This document shows positions 11,605-19,586 of a stretch of 64,000 nt of DNA, piece after piece (position 1 is the first letter of the stretch; every line of letters begins with the position of its first letter). The stretch is from NCBI GenBank assembly GCA_046075485.1, contig JBJTQF010000371.1, forward strand, positions 29,217 to 93,216, in the 5' to 3' direction. The notes under the pieces were generated by a model. That model did no database searches, was not told the DNA's origin, and worked only from the letters and a program-made list of their open reading frames with translations. The position numbers were made by a program, and so were the translations under genes. Origin of the DNA: Myxococcota bacterium. Lineage in GTDB: Bacteria > Myxococcota_A > UBA796 > JAJRTE01 > JBJTQF01.

Positions 11605-14013
11605 TCAGAAAACCTGCGCGACGCTCAGTCGCATGGAAAACGGTGTACCAGCGGTGATATGCACCACCGGGAGCTCCGAGCGGGGCGTCGAGAGGTCAAA
11701 GTGGCTGGGATACACAAATTCCCCATCAAAATTCCGCTGGAGAAAGAGATTTTCCACCTCTAGGGCCCAAGACTGCCTCGTGCGCTGAAGGGAGAGCTTC
11801 AGGGAGGTGCTCAAGGTGGGCTGACTGGCAAAACCCTCGGGCAGCGGTCTCCTGCCTAGCAGGAACGTGCGCAGGCCAGCGGTCAACAGCGGCACTTCAC
11901 CGGCCCAGTCAGGCCAGCGAGGAAGGGGACGCGCTGGCATGCTCAGCTCGAGGGCCCCCAACCAGCGAGGTGCAAAGGGCAGCGGTTCTTGTGTCACCAC
12001 ATAGCGTCCGTCGGCATAGGAGAGCTCAAGGCCCAGGGTTAGGGGCTTCAAGCGCAGGTTGAGGGTGGTCTCCCCTCCCAGGCGCTGGGTGGAGCCGGTG
12101 GATAAAAACCGGCCTGCGGTGTGATCGAAGACGAGCTCATCGGTGATCCAGGTGCCAAAAAGGAGTAAACGCAGTTCTCCTACATGTGGCAAGCCTTGCC
12201 ACACACCGACTTCTGCGGAGTCAGCCACGGGAATGGGGGCCACACCACTGGAGAGCCCCCGCAGCTCCGGGGCCCGAAATCCACGTCGCCCCCCGAGCAG
12301 GAACACCGGCCATGACGGATCGCGCAGAGGAAGACGAAGGCTCAGGCGAGGCTGCCACACAGAGCCCGACGCATACACCTGCCGAACCGGATCCGGCTCA
12401 GGGTTCGGGCTCTCTTGGGTGGGATTTCGCCACAGATCCAAGCGATCCAGGCGCACTCCGCCGGAAAGTTGTGCTTGCCCCAGCTTCACCTGACTCTCTG
12501 CCCAACCGCCCAGCTCGGTCTGCAACCCAGTCGCAGCGTAGGTCACTCGCTCCCCTCCACTGACCGCTTGCTCAAAGGCTTCACGCTGGCCCAGCAGCTC
12601 CAGACGCAGGCTCAGCCCCCCCAAAAGTTGAGCGTTCACACGCGCAAGTGTTGGTAAAGGCTGCTGAAACTTGAGCCGAGCTCCGGCTTGAAGGGTCTGC
12701 TGCTCCTGGATGCGGGTGTCACCTTCCGGCCCATTCAGATAATAGCCCGTGAAGTTATGGCGGAGCTGAAGCCCTCGCGCTCCCCCCCAAAACAAGAGCT
12801 CTGTCAGCCGCTGCCCCTGCTGCCTGCGGTGCAGGAATCCGGCCAAGATCCGCTGGGAGTGCCCCCCCTGCTCAAATCCCTCAGTGTCATACAGCTCATG
12901 AATGCCCAGGGTCAGGTCGTCCAGACGCAGAACACCCGGTGACTCAAAGCTGCCGTCGTAGGCCAGCACAAAAAAGCGGGTAAGCTGGGCGGACTGATGC
13001 CAGCTCCCCCCCAAGCTCAGACGAATTGCCCAATAATCTCGCTGAGGCAAGCGCCACGGACCTCCAGCCCCTTCAAGCTCGAGGGTCAAAAAGGATTGCG
13101 GCAGCGAAACAAAAGGTCTTGCCGCCATCCGAATTCCGAGCGCGCTATCAGTGCCCACAAAAAAGGAGGCACTGCGATATTCAACGCCCTCCAGCAGGAC
13201 ATACTGAGCAGCACCTGCGACCGCAAAGTTTCCCACGTCAAGGCTTGGAATCCCTTTGAGGTACTCGAGACGCTCCACCAGGGCATGCGGCAAAAAATAC
13301 AGATCGAGATACCCTTGCCCGTGAATGTTGGAAACTTCATTCAGGGGAATGCCTTCGAGAGAGACCGCCAGCTCCGCCCCATGTGCGGCATCAAAACCAC
13401 GGAGAAAAAACTGAGCGGCCTTGCCTTCACCGCCATGTTTGGAGAGCTGAAGGCCCGGCACACGCTGGAGCATCGATTCACTCTCATGGAGAGGCAAGAG
13501 CTCGAGCTGCTCGCGGGTCAACGTGCCTTCGGATGCCCCCGCCTGGGGTGCCCGCCGCTCTACGACGTCGATGGCTGGAACAGCTTCAACCGATGGAGGG
13601 GGGCGAACACCCCCGCCTGACTTATACGACGCCGGTGGAGCTGCTGGTTTAGAGTGCGACGCGCCGAGGGCACCAGATGCCTCCGCCTCCGCAGGATCGG
13701 GCTCCGTCGAAGGAGTGCTGGCCCCATCTTGGGCCGCCTCCGGTTTCGCAAGACGGTTGAAGGCCCCTGGTGAAGCCGCTTCAGCCGCTGCCTCATGCCC
13801 ACTCTTTTCCTCTCGAACCGGTGTCGTTGATTGCGCAGCAACAGGACTACTCACGGCGATACTCAGGGTCATGACTCGTGCCAAGCTCGCCCACCGCAGC
13901 AGGTTCCGACAGGCTCTCCAACTCTGGCAAGAAAAAATACGGAAGAGTGGGTGCAAAAACACACTCGTCATACAGTGGATCACACCTCTCGACAACACGT
14001 ATGCAGTCCTCAC
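11605..14013 (-). CDS. TonB-dependent outer membrane receptor
   Basis: Plug motifs VPGL..SKHGGEGKA.QFFLRGFDA.HG and NIHGQGY.D; amphipathic beta strands; VENL near the end; C-terminal Phe; start uncertain. Confidence 0.9.
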   Translation of the reverse strand: MRTAYVLSRGVIHCMTSVFLHPLFRIFSCQSWRACRNLLRWASLARVMTLSIAVSSPVAAQSTTPVREEKSGHEAAAEAASPGAFNRLAKPEAAQDGASTPSTEPDPAEAEASGALGASHSKPAAPPASYKSGGGVRPPPSVEAVPAIDVVERRAPQAGASEGTLTREQLELLPLHESESMLQRVPGLQLSKHGGEGKAAQFFLRGFDAAHGAELAVSLEGIPLNEVSNIHGQGYLDLYFLPHALVERLEYLKGIPSLDVGNFAVAGAAQYVLLEGVEYRSASFFVGTDSALGIRMAARPFVSLPQSFLTLELEGAGGPWRLPQRDYWAIRLSLGGSWHQSAQLTRFFVLAYDGSFESPGVLRLDDLTLGIHELYDTEGFEQGGHSQRILAGFLHRRQQGQRLTELLFWGGARGLQLRHNFTGYYLNGPEGDTRIQEQQTLQAGARLKFQQPLPTLARVNAQLLGGLSLRLELLGQREAFEQAVSGGERVTYAATGLQTELGGWAESQVKLGQAQLSGGVRLDRLDLWRNPTQESPNPEPDPVRQVYASGSVWQPRLSLRLPLRDPSWPVFLLGGRRGFRAPELRGLSSGVAPIPVADSAEVGVWQGLPHVGELRLLLFGTWITDELVFDHTAGRFLSTGSTQRLGGETTLNLRLKPLTLGLELSYADGRYVVTQEPLPFAPRWLGALELSMPARPLPRWPDWAGEVPLLTAGLRTFLLGRRPLPEGFASQPTLSTSLKLSLQRTRQSWALEVENLFLQRNFDGEFVYPSHFDLSTPRSELPVVHITAGTPFSMRLSVAQVF

Positions 14014-14105
14014 GAAATTATCTTATGGGGGATATAACCGAGGCAAGGGGGGAGATGCAATGGATTCGAGCGAGGGAGAGTGCGGCCATTTGTCGCAGGG
14101 AGGGG

Positions 14106-16940
14106 CTAAGGATGGGCAATGTTCTCTTGCTCCGGATGATTTCCAGTGGCAGGGTGTACCCCTCCATGAGCGGCTCCCCGCTCCGGCTGCGTGACCGTCA
14201 AGGTGGAGCGACCGTCACGCACTCCGGCCACACCCGGGAAGGGTATAGGTAAGGAGCTGAGGCTCGCGTGCTCCTGCTGAGCGGGATCCGAACGCTCGAC
14301 ACTGCCCAGCTCGGCGGCAGACGCCTCTTGAAGCTCGACACGCTCCGGCTCGGCCAATAGGACCTCATCCAGTGCCGTGGTGGCATGCCCCAGACGCTCC
14401 GGCGCAGGCTCCGCCTGCCCAGTCGTTGCCAGCGAAGGGAGAAGAGAGGTTGCCTGATTCTGGGCAAGCTGAAGACGATAGGTGTCTCGATAGCCGTGAT
14501 AGTTACGAATCACCCGGCGCACGTAGGTACGGGTCTCTTTGTAGGGAATCTCTTCGGCCAGATAGTCGTCTTCCAGCTCACCAAAACGTTTGACCCAACG
14601 AGAGACCGCCGCAGGCCCCGCGTTATAGCTGGCGAACGTGCGCACCAAACTTCCGTTATGCAGGGCCAACATCGCCCGCAGATACTCCGTACCCAAGCGC
14701 AGGTTAAAATCCGGCTCCGTCAGATAGCTGGGAGAATAACCGGTGATGTCCAACCAACGGGCCACGTCTTTTCCGGTGTAAGGCATGATCTGCATGAGCC
14801 CTGTGGCACCCACCGGACTCTTGATCGTCGCACGAAAGGTACTCTCTTGCTGAATCAGCGCGGCCACCACCGCCGGATCAAGCCCTCGACTCAGCGCGTG
14901 TTTTACAATGGCTTCACGATAGGGCATCGGAAAGGCCAGGGCTCGACGCTGAGGGGTGCTATCTTCTGGCTGCATCGGTTTAGACAAGAAGTTATGTCCG
15001 TACCAGATGGCGCTCAGGATATTGCCCATACAGTGACGAAGGGCTGCCGCCATCCAGCGGGTCTGGGCATCGGCGTCGGGATGTTTGATGGCAGACTGAA
15101 GCTCGTTGATGGCATCGGTCATGTTCTGCATGAGCCAGAGCTCTTTGGCCTTGTCCAGATGCGAGGCGGGGCCGGGCGCAGAGATCAAGGCAAGCTGCTC
15201 CGACCATCCCGGAAAGAGCAAACGCGCCGCCATGAGGGCGGGCTCGTGCGAAAGCTCCGGGGCCTCCAGAAATCGGACTTGGGCTTCGGTAGAGACGACG
15301 GTGCGAGGATATCCCCCCTGAAGTCGCCAGTCGGCCATCGCTCCATAATAGGTGCCGATGAACTCGCGGGCCACCTGCTGGAAGAGGGACTCTCCTTTGG
15401 ACTTTTCGCCCACCAGCACGTACATGCGGGCGAGCCAGTAGCGGGCGCGTGCATCTTCTTCGGACCCATCTTGCAGACGCTCGACGATGCCCCGGAGGGC
15501 TTCAATGGCCGGGCCATGCTCGTCACGCCGGATGCGAGCCCAGGCCAGGAGCCAAGCAGCTTCATTGGCTTCGGAGCGGCTGGGGTACAGATCCACCACT
15601 TGCTGATACAGGGACTCGGCTTCGGCAATCTTGCCTTCATCTTTCAGCAAGGATGCCATGATGAAAAATGCTTGAATGCCTTCGTCGGTGGGATGGCTGG
15701 CGGTAAACCGCTTGAGCAAGGAGAGCCGAGAGGCGGCGTCCCCCCGTTTGCCCATCTCTTTTTGCAGGGCTTCAATGGTCTGCCAGTTGGGCCGCCCTCC
15801 CGAGACCTCTTCGTCCATCAACGAGACCAGGAGCTGCTCGGCTTCATCATGGCGGGCCAGCTTGAGATAACAGTACCCTTCGAGACGCTTGAGATCGGTC
15901 TGCACTTCGGGGATGTTGCAGTTCCGTCGAGCATCTTGGATCAGCTTGAGGGCATCTCGATCAGCCCCCTTGCGCACCAAACGGGCCAGCTCGTCGCGGC
16001 GTAAGTACCAGTCGATGCCACGCTCGGCTGGCTCCAGGCCCACACCCACCCGGGTGGCGGCAGCATTGGCTTTGCTCTTGAGGGTGCCTGTGGCAAGCTG
16101 CTCTGCAAAGACAAAATGAACGTAGGCATCCCCTCGACGGCCAGCGGCTTCGCAGATCTCTCCATAATAATAGTAAATGATGCCTTTGCTGGGCCCGTTT
16201 TCGGCAGCCAGGGCCATCGAATAAGCAGTCTCTGCTTCCTCAAGCCGGTTGAGCGCATGCAGGGCACGGCCTCGCAGATAATGCCCCCAACCAATCAAGA
16301 TGGTGCCGGGATGGGCCAAGAGCTGATCGCCATATCCCAAGACCGCGACGGCCACTTCAGCGGTCATGGGGGCGTCCGGCTCCGCATCGTCGAGGATCAA
16401 CATGCGGCCCAAGTCGCGGAGGAGGTAGTCCTTCATGGCCGGATAACGCTCGAGCAGGCTCTGGAAGGCAGGACGCGCTTCGGCAAAATCTCCCCGCGCA
16501 AAAGCAGCCCGGGCCTGAATGTACTCACGGCGAAGGGCGACCTTTTCAGGGCTCAGCTCGGGATCGGATGAGGCGGGCCAAGCACTCTGAGCGGGGGCAT
16601 CGAGCTTCTCGATGGGCACACTGAGCACCACGGGAGCAGGCTTTTTCCGCTTGGACTTGGAAGCAGTGCTGCTCTTTTTGCCCGATGATTTTTTTGCGCT
16701 GGACTTTTTGCTCGATGACTTTTTGCTGGACGCTTTTTTACTGGAAGACTTCTTGCTGGACGTATTGCTGGTCTTTTTGTTGGAAGACTTTTTGCTGCTC
16801 TTGGCGGCCTCTGCCACCGGCGCAGGCATGGTCCCCACGGCCACAAACAGGGAGACACTCAAGATCAACAGCCGCACCCAGCGCCTAAGGCTTGGGCGAG
16901 CTGCTGAGGGGGGCCGCGATGTAGAAGTCAGAAAGCGCAT
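14106..16940 (-). CDS. TPR-containing soluble lytic transglycosylase (SLT domain)
   Basis: QQES, SPVGATGLMQIMP, SYNAG and ETRTYV motifs; TPR helices; signal peptide; AGGAG RBS before ATG 16940. Confidence 0.9.
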   Translation of the reverse strand: MRFLTSTSRPPSAARPSLRRWVRLLILSVSLFVAVGTMPAPVAEAAKSSKKSSNKKTSNTSSKKSSSKKASSKKSSSKKSSAKKSSGKKSSTASKSKRKKPAPVVLSVPIEKLDAPAQSAWPASSDPELSPEKVALRREYIQARAAFARGDFAEARPAFQSLLERYPAMKDYLLRDLGRMLILDDAEPDAPMTAEVAVAVLGYGDQLLAHPGTILIGWGHYLRGRALHALNRLEEAETAYSMALAAENGPSKGIIYYYYGEICEAAGRRGDAYVHFVFAEQLATGTLKSKANAAATRVGVGLEPAERGIDWYLRRDELARLVRKGADRDALKLIQDARRNCNIPEVQTDLKRLEGYCYLKLARHDEAEQLLVSLMDEEVSGGRPNWQTIEALQKEMGKRGDAASRLSLLKRFTASHPTDEGIQAFFIMASLLKDEGKIAEAESLYQQVVDLYPSRSEANEAAWLLAWARIRRDEHGPAIEALRGIVERLQDGSEEDARARYWLARMYVLVGEKSKGESLFQQVAREFIGTYYGAMADWRLQGGYPRTVVSTEAQVRFLEAPELSHEPALMAARLLFPGWSEQLALISAPGPASHLDKAKELWLMQNMTDAINELQSAIKHPDADAQTRWMAAALRHCMGNILSAIWYGHNFLSKPMQPEDSTPQRRALAFPMPYREAIVKHALSRGLDPAVVAALIQQESTFRATIKSPVGATGLMQIMPYTGKDVARWLDITGYSPSYLTEPDFNLRLGTEYLRAMLALHNGSLVRTFASYNAGPAAVSRWVKRFGELEDDYLAEEIPYKETRTYVRRVIRNYHGYRDTYRLQLAQNQATSLLPSLATTGQAEPAPERLGHATTALDEVLLAEPERVELQEASAAELGSVERSDPAQQEHASLSSLPIPFPGVAGVRDGRSTLTVTQPERGAAHGGVHPATGNHPEQENIAHP
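16641..16803 (-). repeat. Degenerate 15-bp coding repeat encoding (SSSKK)n
   Basis: Protein reads KSSKKSSNKKTSNTSSKKSSSKKASSKKSSSKKSSAKKSSGKKSS. Confidence 0.8.
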
Positions 16941-17219
16941 ACCCAACGTACTCCTGCGCCACCGGGGACGCTGCAACGGTTGAAGACCATGGGTCTTCCC
17001 TGAAGAGTCCAGTATAACATAAATGTCGCTGCGACACCAACCTTCCGCTGATCCCTTCATCCATCTCTTGAGCAATGCTCACTTTTGCCCCTACGGAGAA
17101 GGGGTTGGCACTTGACGCTGTGTCTCGACACGTCACATTGCCCACCCGCAACACGCTTACGACGACACCGCTTCCTGTTAAACCGTATCTTGTAGCACAG
17201 AGAGGGACCGCCACCGCAC

Positions 17220-19334
17220 TCAACGCTTCTTCTTCTTCTTCTTGACGGCATGATGGGGCGAGTTCTTCGGCGAAGGCTGCGATTTCTGCTTCTTTTTTGA
17301 CTTGCTGACCACGGCGGCTTTGGGCTGATACTTCCAGCCTTCACGCTTCATCCAACGCCACCAGAAGACCTGAAGGTCCGAAAACTGCTCCGGCATGTGC
17401 TCCAGACGTGCGCCGGTCAGCCGCTCCAGAAGACGATGGGCGTTGTACGCCTGGGGCTGAGGCCCCTCCAGGGCTTTTACCAACACGGCACTGTTGGCAA
17501 GTGTCAAGGCACTGAGCTTATAACCGGCCTGCTGAAAGCCCTCCAGACGAACTTCATCCCACGAGAGCAGACGCTCCTGCCACTTGGGGGTCTCCACACG
17601 CAATGACGCCTCCAGCGCCGGTGTCAGGGGCCGGTTCAGCAGGAGCGTGAGGGCCAGTCGAGCTTGCTGCTGCCGCATCGGCTCCACATGCTGCAAGTCT
17701 TCAAGCAGGACCGGAAGAGACTCCAGCCGACCAAGCTCGGCCAGCGCCAGGGCCGCCACTTGTCGTTTGCTCATCCCCTCCCCTGCCGGAATGCCTCTTG
17801 CCAAAAGCCAAGGCAAGCCCTCAAAGGTATTGCGGGAAAGCCCTCCACCCGGATAGGTCTGCCGCTGCTCGCCTCGCCAGTGCTGCTCCTCTTTCAACCA
17901 TGCCAGCAGCAGAGGCTCGATGCCCTCCAGCTCCAGACGGATGGCCAGCGCCAGCCACGCCTCCAGCACAACCGGATCTGTCTCCCGCCGCAACTTCTCC
18001 AACAGCAAGGGCTGCCAGGGCGCATCGGCCAGCTCACTCAGGCCCTCCGGCGGCACCAAACGCTTGTTCTGCTCCACACGGGGCGTTGCAGGCAAAGGCG
18101 ACTCCGATGCAGCGTCCCGAGAGACTTCAGCACCTCCCACAGCGGATATACCGGCGGATTCCACGCCGCTGGCATCAAGCAGCACCTCGGGAACACGCGG
18201 CTCAGCCCCTCCATTCAGCCCCGGATCGCTAGCACCCTGTCCCATATCGGTGATACCCTCCGGGCCCTCCTCCACGGCATCCGCCCAGGTTGCTTGGCGT
18301 AAGAGCTCCAGCCCTCGCGCTGCACCCACCCGCACACGAGGGGCGGGATCGTCCAGCAGGCTCACCAGACGCCCGGTCGCAGAACGCGCGCCCAGCAGGC
18401 CCAAGAGCTCCGCCGCACGCGCCCGATACTCCGGATCTCCATCTTGTAAATAGCCGATGGCCTCCTGAATACGGGCCTGCCGAATCGGTGCCGGCTCCCG
18501 CGCAAAGGAAGTCAGACGCCCCATGTCTCGGCAACCTTCTCCCAAGTCTGCATCACTACACATCACACGCAGATGCAGGTGATCGTTGTGAGGACGACTG
18601 TCCCCCGGCTGCCCGAGCACCTCCTCCGCCCGCTGAAGCAGCTCCAGAGGCTCTCCCACACCCTGGGCATGGGCCAGAAGCTGAGCCCTCAAGGGCTTGG
18701 AGATAAAGAGCCACTGCACTTGAAGGGTCTCGTCCAGCAACAGCAGCTTGACCACCGTCCATGTCCGAGGCGCATCAAAAAAGACCCGCTCCGCCCGCGA
18801 GCGCCCACGGGCGTCAAGGGGAATAAAATCGGCAGGCTCCACCGGATTTCCGTCGAAGTCCCGGTAGAAGAAGGCCAGATCCACATCACGGCCCGCATTA
18901 TGTGACACACTATATGGGATATCTCCACCAAAAGGACGCGCCAGATGCCCCAGGCTCAGCACACTGCCCGGATGGGCCTGCTGCACCCCCTCGGCCACCC
19001 GGACCAAGGCTCGCACCAAGGGCGGTGTCCCGTAGGTTAACCCACGCGCAAGCTGGCGCGGCATCACCCTCAAGGCGGGATGATCAAGGGGCAGGCCCAT
19101 GCTCCGCGCCAGATGCCCATCTCGTGTGGTTCCCACGGAGGCGGCATCAGGATTCAGAGGCGGCAGGAAAGGATGGAAGGGCTCCCCCGGTGCAGGAAAA
19201 GGCAGAGCCACCGGCGTCATCACCTCTTGATAACGCAGGGGCTCGATTACAGACAAGCTCGTGGGCTCCTGAGCAGGCACATGGGCCACACATCCCACCA
19301 GCATCCATCCCATCCATATGTCCAAACGCTTCAT
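17220..19334 (-). CDS. MepA-like penicillin-insensitive murein endopeptidase fused to HEAT repeats
   Basis: YGT, GG.I..SVSHNAGRDVD, QWLFIS and HNDHLH (LAS-type Zn ligands); HEAT repeats such as RARAAELLG and VRVGAARGL; lipoprotein-like N-terminus. Confidence 0.85.
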   Translation of the reverse strand: MKRLDIWMGWMLVGCVAHVPAQEPTSLSVIEPLRYQEVMTPVALPFPAPGEPFHPFLPPLNPDAASVGTTRDGHLARSMGLPLDHPALRVMPRQLARGLTYGTPPLVRALVRVAEGVQQAHPGSVLSLGHLARPFGGDIPYSVSHNAGRDVDLAFFYRDFDGNPVEPADFIPLDARGRSRAERVFFDAPRTWTVVKLLLLDETLQVQWLFISKPLRAQLLAHAQGVGEPLELLQRAEEVLGQPGDSRPHNDHLHLRVMCSDADLGEGCRDMGRLTSFAREPAPIRQARIQEAIGYLQDGDPEYRARAAELLGLLGARSATGRLVSLLDDPAPRVRVGAARGLELLRQATWADAVEEGPEGITDMGQGASDPGLNGGAEPRVPEVLLDASGVESAGISAVGGAEVSRDAASESPLPATPRVEQNKRLVPPEGLSELADAPWQPLLLEKLRRETDPVVLEAWLALAIRLELEGIEPLLLAWLKEEQHWRGEQRQTYPGGGLSRNTFEGLPWLLARGIPAGEGMSKRQVAALALAELGRLESLPVLLEDLQHVEPMRQQQARLALTLLLNRPLTPALEASLRVETPKWQERLLSWDEVRLEGFQQAGYKLSALTLANSAVLVKALEGPQPQAYNAHRLLERLTGARLEHMPEQFSDLQVFWWRWMKREGWKYQPKAAVVSKSKKKQKSQPSPKNSPHHAVKKKKKKR

Positions 19335-19460
19335 GAGGTACTCCTGTCTTGGGTTCAGGATACCCTGTCCCGCCGGGATACTCAAGCAGCGGTGTGCGGA
19401 CGGACAACAGCTTGAGAGGACAGCAGAAGCGGTTGAGGGCCGGCGCGGGCGAATTGGACA

Positions 19461-19536
19461 GGAGCAGGTTCACGGAGCTGGTTCACGGAGCAGGTTCACG
19501 GAGCAGGTTCACGGAGCAGATTCACGGAGCAGGTTA
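19461..19536. repeat. 13-bp tandem repeat GGAGCAGGTTCAC, about 6 copies
   Basis: Five full units (two with a single mismatch) plus a partial sixth; intergenic. Confidence 0.95.
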
Positions 19537-19586
19537 CTGGCGGGAGTCTCGAGGCAAATATTCCGTTTACCCCTGGCGTGGGCGTA

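Noticed and set aside
14385-16004. 539-aa plus-strand ORF
   Set aside because: Antisense shadow of the well-supported SLT gene; no recognisable motifs
19461-19536. Possible CRISPR array or plasmid iterons
   Set aside because: Units are contiguous without spacers, and no rep or cas gene is nearby
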